From Candidatus Woesearchaeota archaeon (GTDB taxonomy: Archaea; Nanobdellota; Nanobdellia; CAYMVK01; CAYYFB01), in contig CAYYFB010000002.1 in the NCBI GenBank assembly GCA_964471255.1, positions 42,283-106,282 of the forward strand: a stretch of 64,000 nucleotides of DNA, read 5' to 3'. Below the pieces are notes generated by a model that saw only the letters and a list, made by a program, of their open reading frames with translations, ran no database searches and was not told the DNA's origin. Made by a program: the position numbers and the translations under genes. Shown one piece after another: positions 38,764 through 48,065 of this stretch (within the stretch, counting starts at the first letter, position 1; every line of letters starts with the position of its first letter).

Positions 38764-39683
38764 CCCTTATCACCAAATACAAAAGAAAGTATGGCCATTC
38801 TTGTGTAAAGACCATTTTTGGCTTGTTCAAAATAAAGTGCGTGTTTAGTAGAGTCTAATTCTGGAGAGAGCTCATCAACTCTAGGAAGCGGATGCATAAT
38901 TTTTAATCTTTCCTTGCAACCCTCCAAGCCTTTTGGATCAACTCTATAGCTCCCTCTTACTTTTTCATATTCAAGTGGATCTGGAAATCTTTCCTTTTGG
39001 ATTCTAGTTACATAAAGGACATCCAACTCAGAAATAACCTCCCTATAATCATTAACCAACTCATATTCTATTCCCTTTTTCTCTATTTCCTCGATAACAT
39101 TATCAAATCTTCGATTTATTTGGAGCTGGTCTGGAGCAATGAAATACAGTTTTACTTTCCAATTTGAAAGGGCATAGGAAAGGGAACTAGGAGTTCTTCC
39201 ATATTTTAAATCCCCCATAATTCCTATCTTTAGCCCAGAAATCCTCCCAAAAGCCTCCCATATTGTATAGCAGTCCAAAACTGCTTGAGTAGGATGTTCA
39301 TGACAATTATCTCCTGCATTTATTACTGGAAGACCAGTAAATTCTCTTAAGTAAAGGGGTGCTCCAGCTTTTGGATGCCTAATTACAATACATTGGGCTC
39401 CGTAACCGATGAACATTCTAGCCGTATCTATAAGACTCTCTCCTTTCTCTAAAGACGTTCCTTTAGGGAAGGCAAAGCCCATGACATGGCATCCAATTTT
39501 TTGAGCAGCTTCCTTGAATGAGTTAAAAGTTCTTGTAGATGGTTCAAAAAATAATAACGCAACATTTCCCTTTACAGATGGAATTTTACCGGCCTTTATT
39601 TCCTTGGTTTTTTCAAATATGGCTAATAACTCCTTTTTAGAAAGCTCCTTAGCTGATATAAGACCCCTCTCCAGCATCTCCAA
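38760..39683 (-). CDS. pyrB: Aspartate carbamoyltransferase catalytic chain
   Basis: It contains FFEPSTRT, HPTQA and HPLPR. Confidence 0.9.
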   Translation of the reverse strand: MEMLERGLISAKELSKKELLAIFEKTKEIKAGKIPSVKGNVALLFFEPSTRTFNSFKEAAQKIGCHVMGFAFPKGTSLEKGESLIDTARMFIGYGAQCIVIRHPKAGAPLYLREFTGLPVINAGDNCHEHPTQAVLDCYTIWEAFGRISGLKIGIMGDLKYGRTPSSLSYALSNWKVKLYFIAPDQLQINRRFDNVIEEIEKKGIEYELVNDYREVISELDVLYVTRIQKERFPDPLEYEKVRGSYRVDPKGLEGCKERLKIMHPLPRVDELSPELDSTKHALYFEQAKNGLYTRMAILSFVFGDKG

Positions 39684-39736
39684 GTTATTTGGTACAGGTA
39701 ATTATAAAAGGTTAATTACTTATTAAAGCATGAAAG

Positions 39737-40978
39737 GTGTTCCTCTTCACTCCAAGAGGTACTAAGGATTTTTCCCCTGAATACTCTGTTTTATTTAAGG
39801 AAGTTACAAGGAAGATAGAAGAAATTTTTAGAAGATACGGATTCGAACCACTCTATACACCGATTGTAGAATATTGGGAAACTTTAAGCCAAAAGTATGG
39901 AGCAGAAGAAAAATTGGTTTGGAGATTTAAACTACCCTGGACTGATAAAGAATATGCATTAAGATTTGACCTAACTGTTCCTTTAGCCAGATATTATGCA
40001 AAAAATAGGCCCCCACTACCTTTTAAGAGGTATCAAATAGGCAGGGTTTTTCGATATGAAGAACCACAGAAGGCAAGATATAGAGAATTCTGGCAAGCCG
40101 ATATTGATATTATAGGATCTCCCTATCCGGAGGCTGATGCCGAAATAATAAACACCCTTTCAGCAGTTTACGAAGATTTTGGTCTGGATTATACTGTAAA
40201 ACTAAATGATAGAAAACTAATGGAAATTTTGCTTAAAAGAGAAGGAGTAAAGAATTTCCTAGAAGTTTGTAGATGCATTGATAAGCTTGATAAGATTGGA
40301 GAAGAAGGCGTAAGGAAGCTTCTTTATGAAAGAATTGGAAAGGAAAAAACTGAGAAAATTCTTGAAATAGCAAAAATAAAGACTAGGGATCCTTCAGATT
40401 TGAAGGAAAAAATAGAGCTAGAAAAGGAAATAGAAGAAAGAATCTCCTTCTTAGAAGAAATATATGAATTGCTTGAGAGGAAAGATAGAATCGTTATAGA
40501 TCTTTCCTTAGTTAGAGGGTTAGATTACTACACTGGACCTGTATTTGAAATCTGGGTAAAGGAATTAAACTGCTCAACAGCGGGAGGAGGAAGATACGAT
40601 GAATTAATAGGCATGTTCTTAAACCAAAAAATCCCTGCAACTGGAGGAAGTATTGGAGTAATAAGGTTTCTGGAAGCTGGGATAGAGGCAGGAATTTTTG
40701 GGCTAGAAAAGGGAAGTTATACAGAAATAGGGATTATTTATGAGGAGAATTGCTTTAAAAAAGCTTGGGAAGTTGCAAATAAATTAAGAAAAAGAGGAAA
40801 AAATGTTTATATTGATTTGCTTCGAAGAAGTGTAAGAAAACAAATGGAATATCTAAAAAAGAAAAAAATTAATCAAATATTAATTGTTAAAAAAGAAAAA
40901 TTTGTCTATATAGATAAAGAAAGAAGTATAGAAGAAGAATTGAGAGACCCAGAGGAAGTATTAAAGCTTCTAGAATAA
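39737..40978 (+). CDS. hisS: Histidine--tRNA ligase
   Basis: It contains PRGTKDF, RYEEPQKARYREFWQ and GGGRYD. Confidence 0.85.
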   Translation: MFLFTPRGTKDFSPEYSVLFKEVTRKIEEIFRRYGFEPLYTPIVEYWETLSQKYGAEEKLVWRFKLPWTDKEYALRFDLTVPLARYYAKNRPPLPFKRYQIGRVFRYEEPQKARYREFWQADIDIIGSPYPEADAEIINTLSAVYEDFGLDYTVKLNDRKLMEILLKREGVKNFLEVCRCIDKLDKIGEEGVRKLLYERIGKEKTEKILEIAKIKTRDPSDLKEKIELEKEIEERISFLEEIYELLERKDRIVIDLSLVRGLDYYTGPVFEIWVKELNCSTAGGGRYDELIGMFLNQKIPATGGSIGVIRFLEAGIEAGIFGLEKGSYTEIGIIYEENCFKKAWEVANKLRKRGKNVYIDLLRRSVRKQMEYLKKKKINQILIVKKEKFVYIDKERSIEEELRDPEEVLKLLE

Positions 40979-41108
40979 TACCAAGAGCGTATCCCGCCAG
41001 ATTCAAAGCCAGAAAAGCCTTTAAGATAGTCATTATCTCCTTTATTAGGCCCAATACTTCAACTTGAGTTGCACAAACTGAAATAAAACTCAAAAGAAGG
41101 GTTTATTC

Positions 41109-42596
41109 ATGACAGGGCTTATTGAAGAAATAAGGCGACTATACTTACCTATTTTCTCAATTGATTATGCATTATCTATCCTTGATTGGGATATTGCAAC
41201 CTACATGCCAAGGAAGGTTATAGAAAAAAGAAAATTTGTAATGGCGGAGCTTGAAAAATTAAGAAGGAAGCTTATTCTTAGAAAGGAAGTAAAAGAATTC
41301 ATAAAGAAAGCTGGAAAGGAAGAATTGAACGAAATTGGAAAAGGAATGTTAAGAGAATTAAAAAGAGAAATTGAAATTTATGAAAAACTTCCAGAAGAAT
41401 TTCTTGAAGAGTTTGAGAAAATAAGGAGAGAAGCGAGGGTTGTTTGGGAAGAAGCAAAGAAAAAGAGCAAATTCAAATTGTTTTTACCCTATTTAGAAAA
41501 AATAGTTGAACTAACAAGGAAAAAAGCTGAGTACTTAGGATATGAAAAACATCCATATGATGCATTAATCGATTTGTTTGAAGAAGGTTTTAGAAAGAGG
41601 GATCTAGATAAGTTCTTTAAAGAACTAAAACCAATAGTTAAGAAAAGATTTGAAAAAATAAGGAAATCAGAAAATTACATTGAAACTCATCCGCTTGAAA
41701 AAGAAAAATATGATAAAGAAAAAATGAGAGAGTTAAATTTACTCATTGCAAAAGAAATGGGTTATGATTTTGAAAGGGGAAGGATAGATATTTCAGCACA
41801 TCCATTTACTCTCGACTTGCCCTATACGGATATAAGATTCACAACCTGGTATCATGAGAAAGACTTCCGAAGGAGCCTTTTCGCAACTATTCATGAATGC
41901 GGACATGCTTTGCACCATCTTCAAATTAATCCAGAATTATGGGGGACTCCAGCGGGCTTCGGATCTTTTTATGCATTAGGAGAAAGTCAATCAAGATTTT
42001 GGGAAAACTATATAGGAAGGAGCTATGAATTTGTTAAAGCACATTATAAAATATTTTGCAAATATCTTCCGTTCCTAAAAAATTACTCTAAAGATGACGT
42101 ATACAGATACTTTAACCTAGTAAGGCCTGAAGTAATTAGGGTAGAATCAGATGAGATAACTTATCACTTTCATGTTCTTCTTCGATATGAGGTAGAGATT
42201 GGACTTATAGAAGAGAAAATAAATGCAAAAGAAGTACCAGAAATTTGGAATGAGAAAATGGAAAAATATTTGGGAATAATACCAAAAAAAGATTCTGAAG
42301 GAGTATTACAGGATGTTCACTGGTCTGAAGGATACTTTGGATACTTTCCAACCTATTCGATAGGAAGCGTATTAGCGGTAAGTATTGGGGAGAGAATGAA
42401 AGAAGAATTAAAGGGAATCGAAAAAGACATAGAAAAAAGGAAATTTGAAAGAATTAGGGATTGGCTAAAGAAAAACATCCATTGGTGGGGAGCAGTTTAT
42501 ACAACCAAAGAATTAGCAAAGAGAATAGGAATAGATCTTTTTAATCTCTCAGGCTTTAAGAGATATCTAAAAGAGAAATTTGAAAAGATATATTAA
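41109..42596 (+). CDS. Carboxypeptidase Taq-type metallopeptidase (M32)
   Basis: It contains HECGHALHH, HPF and IRVESDE. Confidence 0.85.
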   Translation: MTGLIEEIRRLYLPIFSIDYALSILDWDIATYMPRKVIEKRKFVMAELEKLRRKLILRKEVKEFIKKAGKEELNEIGKGMLRELKREIEIYEKLPEEFLEEFEKIRREARVVWEEAKKKSKFKLFLPYLEKIVELTRKKAEYLGYEKHPYDALIDLFEEGFRKRDLDKFFKELKPIVKKRFEKIRKSENYIETHPLEKEKYDKEKMRELNLLIAKEMGYDFERGRIDISAHPFTLDLPYTDIRFTTWYHEKDFRRSLFATIHECGHALHHLQINPELWGTPAGFGSFYALGESQSRFWENYIGRSYEFVKAHYKIFCKYLPFLKNYSKDDVYRYFNLVRPEVIRVESDEITYHFHVLLRYEVEIGLIEEKINAKEVPEIWNEKMEKYLGIIPKKDSEGVLQDVHWSEGYFGYFPTYSIGSVLAVSIGERMKEELKGIEKDIEKRKFERIRDWLKKNIHWWGAVYTTKELAKRIGIDLFNLSGFKRYLKEKFEKIY

Positions 42597-43984
42597 AGCA
42601 AATAGCTCATATCCTGATAGAGTCTATATACCTTTCCAGTTAATTCCTTTATTCCTTTTTCCATGTTTTCTATTATTTTCTCAGCGCGCTCCAGACTTAC
42701 CATCCTTTCATCCCTTTCTTCCTTTTTATTATAATCGTAATATTTTATTGAAATTTTTCCCTCTTTGGCCTCTTTTTCGCCAACAAAGATAATAATAGGA
42801 GGTTTTATTGTTGTTTGCATTTTTCTAATTAAGGATGCAATTCCGGTTTTATCTTGAAGAATTGAAGCAACTCTTATTTTTTTGCTTTTAAAGTTTTCCT
42901 CAATTCCCTTAACCTCCATTTCTATTTTCCTATCTATATCTTTCGCTCCAGTTTTTATCCCCACAACAGCCACCTGGAGCGGGGAAAGAGCAAAAGGTAA
43001 TCTTCCTTTACTATATTCCAAATAAGTTCCAAGAAATCTCTCTATTGATCCTAATATTGCCCTATGGATCATGTAAATTTGAATTTCCTTTTCAAATATC
43101 TCACTAATAAGATTGGGCAGCTTGAATCTTATTGGTAGATTAAAATCAAATTGGATAGTAAATAGTTGCCATTCTTTTTCTCCAAATCTCGCTATACCAT
43201 CTATCTTCGGACCATAAAATACAGCTTCCCCAACCCCTTCGTAATATTCAATCCCATATTTCCTTTCTATCTCCTGCGCCACTCCAGACATGAAATCCTG
43301 GATTATTTCCCAATCCTCCCTCTTCCCTGCATAATATTTTCCTAGTTCTGAAAAATCAGCAAAACTAAGTCTAAGCTTTAGATCAGAATCAATTATTGGT
43401 ATATGAAATATCTTTTCATAAATATTTACCACTTCATCTTCAAATATCCTTAGCATTTCCTTCTTTATTTCTTTCAACTCGATAAAAATGTGCCCATCAT
43501 CTTGAGTAAATTGTCTAACTCTAAATAATCCATGCAAGGACCCGCTTGGTTCAAATCTTGCTACTCTCCCTGGTTCAAATATCCTAAATGGGAGCTTTAT
43601 CTTCTGCCTATACTTCTGGAGCAGGTTAATAAATATTAGGATATGATGTGGGCAATTCATTGGTTTTATTGCAAATTCTTTCCCTTCTATCTCTAAAATA
43701 TACATATTTTCCTTGTAGAATTCTAAGTGTCCAGAAATCTTATATAATTCAGAAGAAACTATTGGAAAGGATTCCACTATTTTATAGCCTCTACTAAGAT
43801 GAAAATCGGTTAGAATATCAATCAATATTTTTCTAAAAATCCCTCCTCCGATGCTAAATAAAGGGATCCCTGAACCAAGTAAAGCCCCAAATGGCCTTTC
43901 AAGATTTGATGCTAAGCCTTCTGGCTTTACTATTAAGTCCAAATCATCTGCGAAATCAATATGGTCTTTTTGTCCGAACCTCAC
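42593..43984 (-). CDS. thrS: Threonine--tRNA ligase, catalytic core + anticodon-binding domain only (no N-terminal TGS/editing region)
   Basis: It contains FAIKPMNCPHH and RVRQFTQDDGHIF. It is 463 aa with a GTG start, and nothing ThrRS-like is in frame upstream. Confidence 0.8.
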   Translation of the reverse strand: MRFGQKDHIDFADDLDLIVKPEGLASNLERPFGALLGSGIPLFSIGGGIFRKILIDILTDFHLSRGYKIVESFPIVSSELYKISGHLEFYKENMYILEIEGKEFAIKPMNCPHHILIFINLLQKYRQKIKLPFRIFEPGRVARFEPSGSLHGLFRVRQFTQDDGHIFIELKEIKKEMLRIFEDEVVNIYEKIFHIPIIDSDLKLRLSFADFSELGKYYAGKREDWEIIQDFMSGVAQEIERKYGIEYYEGVGEAVFYGPKIDGIARFGEKEWQLFTIQFDFNLPIRFKLPNLISEIFEKEIQIYMIHRAILGSIERFLGTYLEYSKGRLPFALSPLQVAVVGIKTGAKDIDRKIEMEVKGIEENFKSKKIRVASILQDKTGIASLIRKMQTTIKPPIIIFVGEKEAKEGKISIKYYDYNKKEERDERMVSLERAEKIIENMEKGIKELTGKVYRLYQDMSYLL

Positions 43985-44052
43985 CCTTCATATCGCCTTA
44001 TTTTCCTTATCCTTATAAAGATTTAGTGTAGTTCTTTTTGAATTAGAAAATT

Positions 44053-44511
44053 ATGTGGGCTGGCCATTTAATAATCTCCCTCTTAATACCCTTCTTAATT
44101 GGAAAAACAACTCTTTTTGCATTCATTGTTTCTGTGTTTTATGGATTATTCCCTAATTTGGATGGAGTTATTGAGATAGCACTATCAAAAAAGGGATTTC
44201 ATAGTGGTCCATTTCATTCTATATCCGCCGCCTTCTTTTTCTCTATCCCTCTAATTTTTTACTCAAGATTCTACTTTGCCTTAGGTTTTCTATCCTACTT
44301 ACTTCATTTATTAGCAGACCTGCCAACCGATAAAGGGATAGAAATATTCTGGCCATTTATTAAAAAGAGATATTCCCTCCCTCTTTGGAAAGAAACAGGG
44401 TTTTTTGGAATTTCTAGTATTAAGGGATATTATAGGCAAAAATGGCCAAAGATAATTGAATTCTCCCTCCTTATTCTATTGATACTTTTACTGATTAAGA
44501 ATGTCATTTGA
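44053..44511 (+). CDS. Small membrane protein, YdjM/DUF457-like
   Basis: It has four hydrophobic segments and an LHLLADLPT motif. Confidence 0.4.
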   Translation: MWAGHLIISLLIPFLIGKTTLFAFIVSVFYGLFPNLDGVIEIALSKKGFHSGPFHSISAAFFFSIPLIFYSRFYFALGFLSYLLHLLADLPTDKGIEIFWPFIKKRYSLPLWKETGFFGISSIKGYYRQKWPKIIEFSLLILLILLLIKNVI

Positions 44512-45427
44512 AGATCTAAAGAGTATACTCAGATGTCCTAACTGTAAAAGCAAGTTAGAGTTTTTTGAGGGAAGAATAAAATGTAAAAAGTGCTCCTTTT
44601 TAGGGAAAATAAGGGACGGGATTTTTATTTTTGAGGAAAGTTCTGGAGCGCTTTGCAAATACTATGATCTATACTCTGCCTTCTATGATCTTAACTATCA
44701 CAATCCAACCATAGCCTATGCAAGAGTTAGAGAACAGGAAATTTTAAAAACGTGTTCTGGAGTGGGGGCAGATTTGGGATGCGGTACTGGAGCGCAGACC
44801 ATATTCCTAGCTAGTTCTGGAGCGCGGGTAATAAGCATTGATATTTCATTTAGAATGCTTAAAAGATTAAGGCAAAAGATCTGGAATCTTAATTTCCAAG
44901 AAAAGGTTTTGCCTCTCCAGACAAATATAGAAAACCTCCCGCTCCAGAATGACTCACTAGATTTTGTTATTTCCATGTTTGGAGCACTAAACCATGTTAA
45001 TCTGGAGCGGGCTTTAAAGGAAGTTTCCAGAGTCTTAAAGAAGGGGGGTTTCTTTATTTTTAGCATTCAGACAAAATATGTTTATCATCTCCCCGAGCTG
45101 CTCCAGTTATTGAAAAAAGCAAGGAAGTATTTCTTTAGTAAAGAAGTAATTTTCCCCATAATAAGAGATAAAAAAGGAAGGAGAGTAGGAGTAAAAACTT
45201 TTCTTTATTCATGGAAAGAAATAAAAAGATCGCTGCTCCAGAATGGCTTCGAAATATTAAGAAGGGAAAGCTTATTTCTCTTCCTTAAGCCAAAATTTAA
45301 ATATTTTCCTTTCCTCAAGCTTAGGCCTTTAGAAAAATTAAAAGCAAGACTGGAGCGCGTGGTTGGAAATATTCCTCCTTTTAATTGTTTTGGAGTTTAC
45401 TTAATTTTCCTAGCTAGGAAAAAATAA
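44501..45427 (+). CDS. Zinc-ribbon (Trm112-like) + class I SAM-dependent methyltransferase
   Basis: It contains CPNCKS...CKKC followed by ADLGCGTGAQTIFLA. The gene carries about 9 copies or variants of the CTGGAGCG motif. Confidence 0.65.
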   Translation: MSFEDLKSILRCPNCKSKLEFFEGRIKCKKCSFLGKIRDGIFIFEESSGALCKYYDLYSAFYDLNYHNPTIAYARVREQEILKTCSGVGADLGCGTGAQTIFLASSGARVISIDISFRMLKRLRQKIWNLNFQEKVLPLQTNIENLPLQNDSLDFVISMFGALNHVNLERALKEVSRVLKKGGFFIFSIQTKYVYHLPELLQLLKKARKYFFSKEVIFPIIRDKKGRRVGVKTFLYSWKEIKRSLLQNGFEILRRESLFLFLKPKFKYFPFLKLRPLEKLKARLERVVGNIPPFNCFGVYLIFLARKK

Positions 45428-45540
45428 AATGAAGAGAAGCAAGAAATTTGTTTTCATACCTGCATGCTTAATTGCTCAGGCGATCCGTGCAAAAGGGATA
45501 GTAAAAAAATATCCTGCAATCGTATCTCCAATTCTGGAGC
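44641..45540. repeat. Local cluster of about 10 CTGGAGCG-type motif copies
   Basis: Exact cores start at 44643, 44787, 44817, 45002 and 45350 (+) and at 44940 (-). Variants start at 44757, 45098, 45233 and 45534. Confidence 0.8.
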
Positions 45541-45980
45541 TTTTTAATAAATATCAAATTAATTTAATTCAAATGCCCTGTCCAGAGATCAAGTATAAAG
45601 GATTAATTCGTGAGCCATGTGGAAAGGGGAAGTACGATAATCCAGAGTATAGGAAAATCTGTAGGGAAATAGCAAAGGATGTTGTTAATTCTATAAAGGA
45701 AATAAAGGGTGCTGGATATGAAGTAATTGCTATTTTAGGGATAGAGTATTCACCAAGTTGTGCTGTTAATTATCTTTGGGAAGGCAAGTTGAAAAAAGGG
45801 AAGGGAATATTCATAGAGGAATTGGAGAAAGAGTTAGAAGAAAATAAAATAGAAATAAAAATTTTAGGAATAAATATCCAAAAAATAAAGAAAACCTTAA
45901 AGGAACTAGAGAGCTTTCTAAGAAGTTTTTATGGCCTAAATTTAAAAGACCTAATGTCGTTCATGCACTCTTTACAATAA
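45429..45980 (+). CDS. DUF523 (YbbK/TudS-like) family protein
   Basis: It contains IPACLIAQAIRAKG, MPCPE and YSPSC. Confidence 0.45.
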   Translation: MKRSKKFVFIPACLIAQAIRAKGIVKKYPAIVSPILELFNKYQINLIQMPCPEIKYKGLIREPCGKGKYDNPEYRKICREIAKDVVNSIKEIKGAGYEVIAILGIEYSPSCAVNYLWEGKLKKGKGIFIEELEKELEENKIEIKILGINIQKIKKTLKELESFLRSFYGLNLKDLMSFMHSLQ

Positions 45981-46211
45981 GGCTTTCTTAAATCAATTCT
46001 CCAAATTAGTGTCTCTAAACTGGGCCAGCCAGGGCGGTCGAATTGCCGCATAGCACAGTTTGGATTAGTACAATGAACTCCGGATTCATCCTTCCTTATT
46101 ATATCATTTTTTCTCTTTGCTCAGAACGAATGTAAAGACTAAAAAACACCTCAACTTATATGCAAATGAATTTAAAGCCTATTCATACTCCCCTATACCC
46201 GCTAATACCCT

Positions 46212-46285
46212 TGGGCCCGCGGGGATTCGAACCCCGGACCTCCGGCTCCCGAAGCCGGTGTTCTACCAAGCTAAACTACGGGCCC
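46212..46285 (-). tRNA. tRNA-Pro (anticodon CGG)
   Basis: The minus-strand cloverleaf has GGGCCCG...CGGGCCC and the anticodon arm CCGGC-TTCGGGA-GCCGG. The tracked ORF 46117..46344 over it is spurious. Confidence 0.9.
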
Positions 46286-46441
46286 AGCATAGAAAGAAGA
46301 AATACTCTCAGCACATGTATATAAGAAATATCTTACAGTTCTAATATTTCTCTTGAAAGGAAACCTTTAAGTTTTTAGCTAGGTCAAAAGGAGGGTTTTA
46401 ATTGGGATAAAAGATAAATTAGTGCACGTTATACTACCTTT

Positions 46442-47065
46442 ATGGGTATAGAAGTAGAATTAAGAGGTTTTCTGACCAATAAAGAAAAAAAGAGGGTATT
46501 GCAAGAGTTGTGTACAATCCTTGGACCTCCAGACATAGCAGATGAGGCCGTGGTGTTCTTTGAGGGGAGTTCGGATGTTAAAGCAAAAATAAGTAAGTGG
46601 GGGGTGTATTTCTCCTTAAAAGAAGAATTGCCCGAGAGCAAAAGTAAATCTCTTAGGGAAGAATATACAATAAAAATATCGCTAGAAGATATAGAAGATT
46701 TACTTCTACTATTAGATAAGTTAGGATATGGCATAGGATATTTTTCAACTTACACAAAGTATGAATTTAGTAAGGGAAAACTGAGATTTATCATCAAAAC
46801 AGGCCTCCCTGTCGGTGATTTCTTCGAAATTAAAACAGAAACAGAATCTGAAAAGGAAGTTAAAAGAAAACTGAGAGAATTACAGGAATTTTTGAAGAAT
46901 TTAAAGTTAAAATGGTTTGATGAGAGAGAAAGCGAAAAATTCTTTAGACAATGCTCCGAAATAGTTGAAAAAATTAAAATAGTGAAGGATGGACAAATTA
47001 ACAGGAAATTACTAAGTATAATTGAAAAATATAAAGGTTTGTCAGAAAGAAAAAAGGAAAATTAA
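46442..47065 (+). CDS. CYTH-like (CyaB/thiamine-triphosphatase fold) protein
   Basis: It has the N-terminal IEVELRGFL (ExExK-like) and a late LRFIIKTGLPVGDFFEIKTE. Confidence 0.5.
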   Translation: MGIEVELRGFLTNKEKKRVLQELCTILGPPDIADEAVVFFEGSSDVKAKISKWGVYFSLKEELPESKSKSLREEYTIKISLEDIEDLLLLLDKLGYGIGYFSTYTKYEFSKGKLRFIIKTGLPVGDFFEIKTETESEKEVKRKLRELQEFLKNLKLKWFDERESEKFFRQCSEIVEKIKIVKDGQINRKLLSIIEKYKGLSERKKEN

Positions 47066-47223
47066 TAGACTTTCTTAAACTTAGGAGTAACGATTATTCT
47101 CATTTAGAAAAATACTTCAGAGACATTACTGGAAAGGAGCTTTTATCCTATGAACCAATAAATTATAGGAACGCATTCCTGGTAAAAAGTAGTATTGTTG
47201 TTATTGCATATAACAATCTTAAT

Positions 47224-48054
47224 TTGGTGAAATACTGTCTAGAGTCAATTTCTAAGCAAGACTTGACCCCTGTACAATTTCAAGACATAGAGGTAATAGT
47301 TATTGATGGTGGAAGCAATGTAGATGGAGCTTATCCTATTATAGAAGATTATTTTAGGAAAATAATAGAAAGTAAAGGGATGAAATTTAAAATGGTAAGA
47401 ACAAGCTCCAGAATTAGTAGATCCGATGCTAGAAATCTTGGCCTTCAGCTCAGTAAATCTGATATTATAATCTTCCTTGATGGGGATGTTATTTTACATA
47501 AAGACTATATAAGCGAGACCCTTGTAAGACACCAGTTCTTGAAAAACATAGTTTTGGTAGGCTTTAAAGAAAATATTTCAGTAGAAGAAGCAAGGGAACT
47601 TCTTAAGAGTAATAAGATATCAAAAATTCCAAACATAAGCAAAGATTTTAGAGTTCATACAGAGAGAAAAAGAGAGTGGACAGGCCTTTTTCCTTCAGAC
47701 AAAAAAATAATAAGATGTTTAGAGGAAACAAATTACTTTAAAGACTTTGGTTTTAACAGGAATTTAGGACCTTTCAATCTGGCATGCATGGTAGTTACCC
47801 ACAATGTCTCTGTAAGAAGGGAAGAGGCAATGTTGGCAGGAGGTTTTGATCCCAAGTTTGAAGGATGGGGCCTAGAGGACACCCACTTTGGTGCGAAACT
47901 GATAGCAAGAGGAAATTATATTATTCCTCTTCTTTCCACAGGGGTTTTCCACATCTCCACGGAGACAGAAGAAAAAGAAAGAAAGATAGAAAGTTTGCGA
48001 AGAAATTATAAGATAATGTATGAGCTATTAAATTCAGAATTCTGTATTTTATAA
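47224..48054 (+). CDS. Family 2 glycosyltransferase (tracked TTG start cuts off the conserved N-terminus; frame is open from 47035)
   Basis: It contains EVIVIDGGSNVDG and IFLDGDV. The conserved first strand SSIVVIAYNN is encoded at 47188-47217, upstream of any ATG/GTG/TTG. Confidence 0.6.
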   Translation: MVKYCLESISKQDLTPVQFQDIEVIVIDGGSNVDGAYPIIEDYFRKIIESKGMKFKMVRTSSRISRSDARNLGLQLSKSDIIIFLDGDVILHKDYISETLVRHQFLKNIVLVGFKENISVEEARELLKSNKISKIPNISKDFRVHTERKREWTGLFPSDKKIIRCLEETNYFKDFGFNRNLGPFNLACMVVTHNVSVRREEAMLAGGFDPKFEGWGLEDTHFGAKLIARGNYIIPLLSTGVFHISTETEEKERKIESLRRNYKIMYELLNSEFCIL

Positions 48055-48065
48055 CAAAAACTTTT

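Noticed and set aside
46020-46095. A locally GC-richer stretch (CTGGGCCAGCCAGGGCGGTCGAATTGCCGC...ATGAACTCCGGATTCAT) downstream of tRNA-Pro could be a small RNA or a tRNA remnant.
   Set aside because: Only short 4-5 bp hairpins can be drawn. There is no T-arm/acceptor geometry, no C/D or H/ACA boxes, and nothing to compare it with.
46117-46344. Tracked ORFs overlap tRNA-Pro (46117..46344) and the tRNA(CAT) (57023..57265).
   Set aside because: Both are fully explained by well-folding tRNA genes, and the translations are meaningless.
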